Of a DNA stretch of 64,000 nucleotides, positions 28,325 through 37,671 are shown piece by piece. The stretch comes from an uncultured Gemmatimonadaceae bacterium. Lineage in GTDB: Bacteria > Gemmatimonadota > Gemmatimonadetes > Gemmatimonadales > Gemmatimonadaceae. The notes under the pieces were generated by a model. The model was not told where the DNA came from and ran no database searches. It saw only the letters and a list, made by a program, of their open reading frames with translations. The first letter of the stretch is position 1. Every line of letters begins with the position of its first letter. Where the stretch lies: NCBI GenBank assembly GCA_963740355.1, contig CAVUDW010000002.1, forward strand, positions 2,240,001 through 2,304,000, read 5' to 3'. Both the position numbers and the translations under genes were made by a program.

Positions 28325-29110
28325 ATGCTGCTCGTCTGCGATGTCGGCAATACGGAAACGACGATCGGCCTCGCCGATACCGGACGAATCATCGCGCATT
28401 GGCGCGTGATGACGAATGCATCCCGCACACCACATGAACTCGCGATTCTGCTGCGATCGTTGCTCGATCTCGAGCAGGTGCGGTATGACGCCGTGCATGG
28501 CGCCGCCATCGGCTCGGTGGTGCCGGCGGTCACGGCGCCACTGAAGGACGGCATCGCGATCGGCTTTGGTGTGTCGGCGCTGGTCGTCGATGCCAACAGC
28601 GGATTACCGATCACGCTCGATGTCGACGAGCCGCAAACGGTTGGAGCGGATCGCATCATCAACACGCTCGCAGCCAGCCGCATCTACGAGCGCGATTGCA
28701 TCGTCGTCGACCTCGGCACGGCCACCACCTACGATTGCATCACGCGTGAGGGCGTGTTTCTCGGCGGCGTGATCGCACCGGGCGTGCTGACGTCGCTCGA
28801 GACACTCACGCGACGGACGTCGAAGCTTCCCGCCACCGAGTTGCGCGCGCCACTGCGCGTGATCGGCCGCAGGACGGAGGAGTGCATCCGGTCTGGTGTC
28901 GTGTACGGTGCCGTGGACGCGATCACAGGCATCGTTGGTCGCATCCGGTCGGAGTGGCCGACGGGCCGAGCGCCGCTGGTGATCGGCACCGGCGGACTGG
29001 CCGCCATGCTGGCGCCATTTTGTCCGGCGCTGGAGGTCATCGACGCCGATCTGACGCTCCGGGGACTCCAGTTGGCCCACGATCTCGTCTCCGCCGAGTT
29101 GGCAGACTGA
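28325..29110 (+). CDS. coaX: Type III pantothenate kinase
   Basis: 'DVGNT', 'GADR', 'DLGTATT', 'GGVIAPG'. Confidence 0.95.
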   Translation: MLLVCDVGNTETTIGLADTGRIIAHWRVMTNASRTPHELAILLRSLLDLEQVRYDAVHGAAIGSVVPAVTAPLKDGIAIGFGVSALVVDANSGLPITLDVDEPQTVGADRIINTLAASRIYERDCIVVDLGTATTYDCITREGVFLGGVIAPGVLTSLETLTRRTSKLPATELRAPLRVIGRRTEECIRSGVVYGAVDAITGIVGRIRSEWPTGRAPLVIGTGGLAAMLAPFCPALEVIDADLTLRGLQLAHDLVSAELAD

Positions 29111-29216
29111 GGCCGCCTGCGGCCCTCGATGAGGTGTCGGTAGAAGCTTGTAACCTCTTTTCAGTCAACGGGTTACGCGTGTACCTTGGTCCGGCGTCTC
29201 GGTTCCGTGACTGCGC

Positions 29217-29244
29217 TTGACTGGCCTGCCGCAGTGACTATCTT
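29217..29244 (+). promoter_or_regulatory. groESL promoter
   Basis: TTGACT-16 bp-TATCTT immediately upstream of CIRCE. Confidence 0.75.
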
Positions 29245-29251
29245 CCCGTTG

Positions 29252-29278
29252 TTAGCAGTCATCCACGTCGACTGCTAA
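29252..29278. promoter_or_regulatory. CIRCE element (HrcA operator)
   Basis: TTAGCAGTC-N9-GACTGCTAA compared with consensus TTAGCACTC-N9-GAGTGCTAA. Confidence 0.93.
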
Positions 29279-29342
29279 CACTGCGCGCGTGTACTGGTTC
29301 GCGCGCTCACATATGTCACACGTCAGGTCTGGAGGAAGGACG

Positions 29343-29651
29343 ATGACCACCAAGAGTGCCATCGGCGCCAAGGTCACCCCGTTGGCCGATCGCGTTGTCG
29401 TGAAGCCGCTCGAAGAAGCGGAGCAGATGCGCGGTGGGCTGTACATCCCGGATACCGCCAAGGAAAAGCCCCAGCAGGGCGAGATCGTGGCTGTTGGACC
29501 GGGCAAGTACGAAGACGGAAAGCTGGCCCCGATGACCGTGAAGGTCGGTGACCGTGTGTTGTACGGCAAGTACAGCGGCACCGAAGTCACGATCGAGGGC
29601 GAGAACGTGCTCATTCTCCGCGAGTCAGATGTACTCGCGGTCCTCGCCTAA
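29343..29651 (+). CDS. groES: Co-chaperonin GroES
   Basis: 'PLADRVVV', '[14 protein letters not shown]'; GGAGG/AAGGA RBS. Confidence 0.98.
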   Translation: MTTKSAIGAKVTPLADRVVVKPLEEAEQMRGGLYIPDTAKEKPQQGEIVAVGPGKYEDGKLAPMTVKVGDRVLYGKYSGTEVTIEGENVLILRESDVLAVLA

Positions 29652-29667
29652 TCGCTTTCGAGGATAG

Positions 29668-31317
<1,650 letters not shown>

Positions 31318-31340
31318 TCGTTCCACGCGCTTGCAAGACG

Positions 31341-31377
31341 AACGGGGCGGTGCATCTCACGATGCGCCGCCCCGTTT
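31341..31377. terminator. Intrinsic terminator after groEL (likely bidirectional)
   Basis: AACGGGGCGGTGCATC-TCAC-GATGCGCCGCCCCGTTT. Confidence 0.8.
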
Positions 31378-31436
31378 CGCGTCGTACTGCCCTGCAGCAC
31401 CGTCGCGCGCCGCGCGCACGTTGCACTCCTGCGACG

Positions 31437-31751
31437 TCAGTGCATGCGCTGCGCCAGGAGCTCGAGTTCTTCAAGGAGCCCGCGCAACGCTGGCGCACTC
31501 GACGGACTGATGCCGCGCAACGCGCCTAGCGCCGTCACGTGCACGCGCAGCGACTCGACTTCGGTTGATGTCACCCAGAAGTCCTGCCAGTCATCCTCGC
31601 TCTGGTCGTCGGCGAAGGATGCGAGGCGGTCGCAGATGCCAGCGAGGTCGAACAGTGCGCCGCGTTCTTGCTCAGCACCACCCTTGCGACCTGCGCCATC
31701 GCCTCGCAGCGCGCGTGTCACATCGCGCAGCGCAATGATGCCCAACTGCAT
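31437..31751 (-). CDS. Small helical hypothetical protein (may start at CTG 31802)
   Basis: Amphipathic sequence 'MQLGIIALRDVTRAL...LEELELLAQRMH'; fills the gap at the end of the minus-strand operon. Confidence 0.6.
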   Translation of the reverse strand: MQLGIIALRDVTRALRGDGAGRKGGAEQERGALFDLAGICDRLASFADDQSEDDWQDFWVTSTEVESLRVHVTALGALRGISPSSAPALRGLLEELELLAQRMH

Positions 31752-31798
31752 CCGCTCGCGCCGCGTTGGTGCGGCGCCCGGCGTATCGTCGCGCCGCC

Positions 31799-32995
31799 TC
31801 AGCTGGCCGGCTCGCTGGTTGCATCGTACACCGCGTTGAGGCACGCGCGCATCGATGCCGTCATGGTCACCTTGCGTCGCGCCATCACGCGCACCGCCGT
31901 CTCGAAGAAGCGTGTCCGATCATAGCGCTCATTCCGGTTCCCGAACGCGAACGCGGGCACCATCCGCGGCACGACGTCGTCGCTGATCACGTTCGCGCCC
32001 GCACCGATGCTGCTGCCGGTCGTGAGTCGCGTCAGGATGCCGGTCTTCGCGTGATCGCCGATCAGCGAACCGAGGAACTGCAGCCCGGTCTCCTCACCGG
32101 CGAACGACACGGGCCCATAGGTGTTCTTCAGGTTCGACGTGACGGTGCCGGCACCGAGGTTCGTCCAGCGCCCAAGGTAGCTGTGGCCGAGAAAGCCATC
32201 GTGCCCCTTGTTCGCGTGACCACAGAGGATGCTCGTCGAGACCTCACCGCTCACCTTGCAGTTGTCGCCGATCGACACCGTATGGCCGCTGCCCGCCATC
32301 CATTGCGAATGCGGGCCGAGCACGAATGGGCCAGTTATTCGTGAAAAGCTACGAATTACGGAATATTCCTCGAGTACGATCGCGCCTTGTGTGGCATCGA
32401 GCACCACGAAGGGCTCGATCACTGCATTCTCGGCAATTCGCACCGGGTAGTCACCCAGCACACGCACGTCAGCCGGTACTGCGCGCGGCGGCATCGCGGC
32501 ACGTGCGATCAGCAGCGCGTCGGCCGCCAGCATCGCCGGCAGGTGGCCGATCAGGTCCCACACACGATCGAGGCGCCACCCGTCCAGCGGCGCCGATCGT
32601 TCGCCGGGAATGATGCCCGACTGGCGGATGTCACGCACGCTGGTGCGCCGCGCCAGCGCCGCCGCGACCACCACTCCGTTGTGTGTCCAGGTGTCGTTGC
32701 CATTCACGACCACCGGCTGCAGCGCCGGCGCAAACTGGCTCGACGCGATGATGGTGCCGGGATCGAGCATGTCGTCGTCGCGCAGGACGGGCGCGGAGCC
32801 TGGCTCTTCAAAGCCGCTCAACCGCGCTGCGGCGATCACGCCGGTCACCGCCGTGCCGAGCGCCGCACTCCAGCGTTCACGAATCAGGCGGGCACCCGCA
32901 CGCACTTCAGCCAGCGGGCGTGCCGTCGTCACCGGCGACAGCACATCCGCGGTCGGCGCGCCACGCGGATGGTCGAGCATGACGAACGCTGTCAC
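31799..32995 (-). CDS. Putative sugar nucleotidyltransferase / GlmU-like protein with left-handed beta-helix
   Basis: 'SPVTTARPLAEVRAG', hexapeptide region, 'NKGHDGFLGHSYLGRWTNLGAGT..SNLKN'. Confidence 0.85.
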   Translation of the reverse strand: MTAFVMLDHPRGAPTADVLSPVTTARPLAEVRAGARLIRERWSAALGTAVTGVIAAARLSGFEEPGSAPVLRDDDMLDPGTIIASSQFAPALQPVVVNGNDTWTHNGVVVAAALARRTSVRDIRQSGIIPGERSAPLDGWRLDRVWDLIGHLPAMLAADALLIARAAMPPRAVPADVRVLGDYPVRIAENAVIEPFVVLDATQGAIVLEEYSVIRSFSRITGPFVLGPHSQWMAGSGHTVSIGDNCKVSGEVSTSILCGHANKGHDGFLGHSYLGRWTNLGAGTVTSNLKNTYGPVSFAGEETGLQFLGSLIGDHAKTGILTRLTTGSSIGAGANVISDDVVPRMVPAFAFGNRNERYDRTRFFETAVRVMARRKVTMTASMRACLNAVYDATSEPAS

Positions 32996-34017
32996 CCGCG
33001 ATCCTTCAGGCGGGACGGGAGGTTGTCGATCAGCGTCTTCAGGTCCGCGGCATGCTCCTGCGTCGTCACCACGGTCAAGCCATCGATCGCGACGACCACC
33101 AGGTCCGAGACGCCGTAGAGCACGACGCTCGGTCCATCGGCGTGGACCACGTTCCCCGAGGACATGACTGGGGTCACATCGCCGTGGAGTGCATTGCCCG
33201 CGGCGTCCCCCGGTCGGACGCGGCGCAATGCGGCCCAGGTCCCAACGTCGTCCCAGCCAAACGCGCCGGGTACCACGAACACGCGGTCACTCCGCTCCAG
33301 CACGCCGACGTCCACGCTGATCGACTGCACAGCGCCGAAAAAGCCCGCCAAGGTCTGTTCGCCGTTTGCCCGCGACACTTCGGGACAGTGCGCGTCAACC
33401 TCCTTTAGGAACCGCGACGCGCGCCAGACGAAGATGCCGGAGTTCCAGAGGCAGCCGGCGGCGATCAGTTCGCGTGCGCGGACACGGTCAGGCTTCTCGA
33501 GAAAACGGGAGACGCGAAAGGCGACCTGCCCCATGCGTTCGCCCGGCTCGATGTATCCGAAACCCGGATCCGGGCGCGTCGGTGTCACCCCCACCGTCAC
33601 CAGCGCATCGTTGGCTTCAGCGACGTTCGCTGCGCGCAGCAGGGCGTTGCGGAATCCATCGGGATCGCCAATCGCCCAATCGGCATGCACCGAAAGCATG
33701 ATCGCATCGGGGTCACGCGCGAGGATGGTGCGCGCCGCCCACGCCAGCGCGGCCGCCGTCCCTGCCGGTCGCGGCTCGCAAATCACATTCGCGGCCGGTA
33801 CCTCGGGCAGCATCGCCGTGATCGCGGGCTGCAGCGTGGCGTTGGTCAGGATCAGCATCCGATCGCCCGGTACCAACGGCAGCAGGCGATCGACGGCATC
33901 GCGAAGCATCGGCTGGCCGGTGACCAGGGGCAGCAGCTGCTTTGGGAGAGCGGGAGTGCTGATGGGCCAGAAACGAGACCCGACTCCACCGGCAAGAATG
34001 ACGGTCCAGAGCGACAT
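32992..34017 (-). CDS. manC: Mannose-1-phosphate guanylyltransferase (no PMI domain)
   Basis: 'ILAGGVGSRFWP', 'PKQ', 'GFGYIE', 'FLEKP', 'WNSGIF', 'WDDVGTW'. Confidence 0.92.
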   Translation of the reverse strand: MSLWTVILAGGVGSRFWPISTPALPKQLLPLVTGQPMLRDAVDRLLPLVPGDRMLILTNATLQPAITAMLPEVPAANVICEPRPAGTAAALAWAARTILARDPDAIMLSVHADWAIGDPDGFRNALLRAANVAEANDALVTVGVTPTRPDPGFGYIEPGERMGQVAFRVSRFLEKPDRVRARELIAAGCLWNSGIFVWRASRFLKEVDAHCPEVSRANGEQTLAGFFGAVQSISVDVGVLERSDRVFVVPGAFGWDDVGTWAALRRVRPGDAAGNALHGDVTPVMSSGNVVHADGPSVVLYGVSDLVVVAIDGLTVVTTQEHAADLKTLIDNLPSRLKDRG

Positions 34018-34160
34018 AAGTTGAGTTAGGGAGACAGTTTCCGCAGAGACGCTCCCCGTGGTCCCGAGGTATCAACGCCCGCCAGCGTGTCGCCGCAGGG
34101 CAGCGGGCGCGGACGCATCGAGCCCGGACGCATCAGGACCGACGGTCAGCCAAGCGAGGG

Positions 34161-34514
34161 TCAGGCAAGCGACGCGATGTGCTGGCGCAGGCGCCGGAGT
34201 TCGCCCAGCAGCGGCGGCAGGGCCGACGTCGGCCGCGCCAGGACCACCAGCAGGGCATCCTCGCTCATCGCCGAGATGATGGCGATGGTGCCGGGAAATT
34301 CCAGCACCGCCGTCTGGAGCTGGCCAGCGCGGGCCGCCTTGCCGAGCGCGTCGGCCGCCGAAAACACGGCCGGCGAATGGGCCGCCACCTGTTCGCCATC
34401 CAGATACGAGACGGCGTCACCATCGACCAGCAGGCCGTCGCGACCAAGGACGATCGCAGCTTCGACGCCGTCGCGCCGACGCACGGCGTCGACCAGATCA
34501 CGGATACTTGCCAT
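34161..34514 (-). CDS. Roadblock/LC7 (MglB-like) domain protein
   Basis: 'GVEAAIVLGRDGLLV'; about 117 aa; alpha/beta pattern typical of roadblock proteins. Confidence 0.88.
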   Translation of the reverse strand: MASIRDLVDAVRRRDGVEAAIVLGRDGLLVDGDAVSYLDGEQVAAHSPAVFSAADALGKAARAGQLQTAVLEFPGTIAIISAMSEDALLVVLARPTSALPPLLGELRRLRQHIASLA

Positions 34515-34566
34515 GGGGGCGGTGTAGAGAGGGGTGAATTGGCCCAACTATCGGTGCCACAATCGC

Positions 34567-34595
34567 TTGAAGAGCTTCGCTCGGTCCGGTATTCT
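34567..34595 (+). promoter_or_regulatory. Putative promoter of the lipoprotein-serS operon
   Basis: TTGAAG-17 bp-TATTCT. Confidence 0.6.
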
Positions 34596-34636
34596 ACCCT
34601 TCGCACTCTACCGTGTCACCCCGCATCCACTGCTGC

Positions 34637-35233
34637 ATGCCCCGTGTCTTCCGCGCGACGTCATTCCTGGCGCTGACCCTCTGCGCCTTCGTCGCCGCTG
34701 CCTGCGGAGACCCGTTCGCCGTCAAGGCGCCGTACCAGACGGTCACCGACAGCTTCTCCATCAGCGCGCTCACGAGGACGCCAGTGTCGTCCCGAGCCCT
34801 CTGGCGCATGGCCAGCTTCGTCCGCTATCGCCTCGACTCGATCGGCACGCAGTTCGACCTCGGCTTCGACATCAATGCCGCCGGCAACATCGTGGTGTAC
34901 CCGGCGCGAACCATTGCCGTCCCGCCGCCAGGCACGATCGTCTTCCCGCCGCTCGTCGCACTCCAGAGCAGCGCCACGGCCTACGCCAGTGCCGATCGGG
35001 CGCCCGAAACGGGCTGGATCGTCGATACGGCCATCGTCGTGACGAAGGGCCAGACGGTGTTCGTCCGCAGCAATTCCGACTTCTGCGCCACGCAGTCCAC
35101 CGGCGGTACGCTGCTCTACGCGAAGTTCGTCGTCGACAGCATCAATCTCGTGAGTCGCGAACTGTTCGTGCGCACGACCCTTCAGCCCAGCTGCAACTTC
35201 CGGTCGTTTGCGACTGGAATTCCAACTTTCTGA
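34637..35233 (+). CDS. Hypothetical beta-rich lipoprotein
   Basis: Signal peptide with lipobox 'VAAAC', beta-strand pattern, 'YAKF'. Confidence 0.8.
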   Translation: MPRVFRATSFLALTLCAFVAAACGDPFAVKAPYQTVTDSFSISALTRTPVSSRALWRMASFVRYRLDSIGTQFDLGFDINAAGNIVVYPARTIAVPPPGTIVFPPLVALQSSATAYASADRAPETGWIVDTAIVVTKGQTVFVRSNSDFCATQSTGGTLLYAKFVVDSINLVSRELFVRTTLQPSCNFRSFATGIPTF

Positions 35234-35236
35234 GCA

Positions 35237-36511
35237 ATGCATGATCTCCGGCTCGTTCGCGAGCAGATGCACCTGTTGCGTGAGGGTTTTGCCCGCCGAG
35301 GCAAGCTCGACGCGCTGGGCCCGATTCTCGATCGCCTCGAATTGTTGGAGAAGGAACGACGCGCGCTGATCGTGGCGACCGAGGAACGGAAGCAGCGCCG
35401 CAACCTGCTCACGCAGGAAGTCGCGCAGAAGAAGCGCGCAGGTGAGGATGCCGCCGAGCTGGTGGCCGACAGTCGCAACATCGGTTCGGAGATCGCACGC
35501 CTCGAGGCCGACCTGTCTGCCACGGAGCTCACGATGGACGGACTCATGCTCGAGCTGCCCAACATCACGCGCGACGAGGTGCCGGCCGGCGACGAGTCGT
35601 TCAACAAGGTGGTGCGGAGCTGGGGCACGGCGCGTGTCGATGACAGCGTCCGCCCGCACTGGGATGTCGCCGCCGATCTGGGCATCCTCGACCTCGCACG
35701 TGGTGCCAAGATCAGCGGCTCGGGCTTCATCGTGTACCGCGGGCTCGGTGCGCGGCTCGTGCGTTCGCTCATCAACCTCATGCTCGACACGCATACCGCG
35801 GAGCACGGGTACGAGGAAACATGGGTCCCACTCGTCGCCAATCGTGCGTCGATGACGGGCACAGGCCAGCTGCCGAAGTTCGAGGACGACATGTACGCGC
35901 TGCACGGCGAGGATGCGTTCCTCATTCCGACCGCCGAAGTGCCGGTCACGAATCTTTACCGTGATGAAATCCTCGACGCCGGTGACTTGCCCAAGGCCCT
36001 CACGGCATACAGTGCCTGCTTCCGCAAGGAAGCGGGTGCGGCTGGGAAGGATACGCGCGGCCTGCTGCGTGTCCACGAATTCGACAAGGTCGAACTCGTG
36101 CGCTATGCAACACCCGAGGATTCGCTGGCAGAGCTGGATCGCCTGACGGGGCACGCAGAAGCGATCCTGCAGAAGCTCGGGCTACCGTACCGTGTGCTGC
36201 TGCTTGCCGCAGGCGACACGGGCTTTGCCAGCAGCCAGACCTACGATCTCGAAGTGTGGGCGCCTGGCGTCGGCAAATGGCTCGAAGTATCGAGTTGCTC
36301 GAATTTCGGCGATTTCCAGGCCCGCCGAATGAACATCCGGTATCGCCCTGCCGCCGGCGAAAAGCCACGGTTCGTCCACACGCTCAATGGCTCCGGCCTG
36401 GCGTTGCCGCGAATCATTGCGGCACTTCTCGAACACGGTCAGCAGGCCGACGGCAGCATCGCCATCCCGGCGGCACTGCAGCCGTATCTGGGCACCGCCC
36501 GGCTGGGCTGA
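35237..36511 (+). CDS. serS: Serine--tRNA ligase
   Basis: 'GTGQLPKF', 'LIPTAEV', 'FRKEAG', 'EVSSCSN', 'HTLNGSGLA'. Confidence 0.98.
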   Translation: MHDLRLVREQMHLLREGFARRGKLDALGPILDRLELLEKERRALIVATEERKQRRNLLTQEVAQKKRAGEDAAELVADSRNIGSEIARLEADLSATELTMDGLMLELPNITRDEVPAGDESFNKVVRSWGTARVDDSVRPHWDVAADLGILDLARGAKISGSGFIVYRGLGARLVRSLINLMLDTHTAEHGYEETWVPLVANRASMTGTGQLPKFEDDMYALHGEDAFLIPTAEVPVTNLYRDEILDAGDLPKALTAYSACFRKEAGAAGKDTRGLLRVHEFDKVELVRYATPEDSLAELDRLTGHAEAILQKLGLPYRVLLLAAGDTGFASSQTYDLEVWAPGVGKWLEVSSCSNFGDFQARRMNIRYRPAAGEKPRFVHTLNGSGLALPRIIAALLEHGQQADGSIAIPAALQPYLGTARLG

Positions 36512-37671
36512 TGGGCGCACGGCGCATCGCGCCCGTGCTCTTCCTGGCGAGCGGCGTGGTGGCGCTGCTCGTCTGGTGGCTCGTCTACACGCAGAAGGTG
36601 GTGACCGACCTGCGCCGTGAGGCGGCACGGTCAAGCCAGATGTACGCGCGCGTCTATCAGGCGCTCAGTCAGGAAGGAGACGACGGCACCGCGGCGTTGC
36701 TCGACCTGTCCCGCTACATCGGGCAGGCCGGCGTGCCGATCGTGGTTACCAACGCGTCCGGCACCCCGACCGCCACCGTCAACCTGCCATTTGAAGTCGG
36801 CTCGCAGGCAGACACACCGCGCGTGCGCGAATACGTGAAGGTGCTCGACCAGGCGAATGTGCCGATCAGCCAGCCGGGGGTCGGCAACGTGCACTACGGT
36901 GATACGCCGCTGGTGGAAGGCCTGCGCGTGGTGCCGATCATCACCGTGGTCACCCTTGGGTTGTTCCTGCTCGCCGGCACCTACGCGATCGTGACCCGCG
37001 GGCGTGCCGAGCGCGAACGGGTGTTCGCCGGCATGGCGCGTGAAGCGGCGCATCAGCTGGGCACGCCACTCACGGCGCTGGCGGGATGGGTTGAACTGCT
37101 CGCGGAACGTGAAGGCGAGGGTGATAGCACGGCGCAGACCGCGGTCGGACACATGCGGGGAGACCTCGATCGCCTCGAACGCGTGGCGCACCGCTTCGAG
37201 CGCATCGGACGGCCCTCGCAACGCGATGCGGTGGACGTTCGTGAGATCGTTTTTCGCGTCGCGGCCTACTTCCGTGCGCGGGTGCCGACGCTCGCGCACA
37301 AGGTGTCCATCACGGCCATCCTTCCCGACGAGCCGCTCAGTGTCGAGGGTGATGCGGTGCTGCTCGAGTGGGCGCTCGAGTCGCTGGTCCGCAACAGCAT
37401 CGACGCGCTCGCCGGCCGTGGCGGCACCGTCGACCTGCGCGTCGATCCGCTGCCCGAAGGTGGCGCGCGCGTGATCGTCGCCGACGACGGCCCCGGTGTG
37501 CCGCGCGAGCTGCGAAACGAGATCTTCAAGGCCGGATTCACCACCAAGCCACGCGGGTGGGGCATCGGCCTCGCGCTCACGCGTCGCATCATCACCGACA
37601 ATCACGGTGGCCGCCTCACCCTGCTCCCCACGGATCGGGGCGCGGCCTTCGAGATTATGTTGGAGAGATGA
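36511..37671 (+). CDS. Membrane sensor histidine kinase (orphan)
   Basis: Two TM helices, H-box 'GMAREAAHQLGTP', 'NSIDA', 'DDGPG', 'FTTK..GWGIGL'. Confidence 0.93.
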   Translation: MGARRIAPVLFLASGVVALLVWWLVYTQKVVTDLRREAARSSQMYARVYQALSQEGDDGTAALLDLSRYIGQAGVPIVVTNASGTPTATVNLPFEVGSQADTPRVREYVKVLDQANVPISQPGVGNVHYGDTPLVEGLRVVPIITVVTLGLFLLAGTYAIVTRGRAERERVFAGMAREAAHQLGTPLTALAGWVELLAEREGEGDSTAQTAVGHMRGDLDRLERVAHRFERIGRPSQRDAVDVREIVFRVAAYFRARVPTLAHKVSITAILPDEPLSVEGDAVLLEWALESLVRNSIDALAGRGGTVDLRVDPLPEGGARVIVADDGPGVPRELRNEIFKAGFTTKPRGWGIGLALTRRIITDNHGGRLTLLPTDRGAAFEIMLER

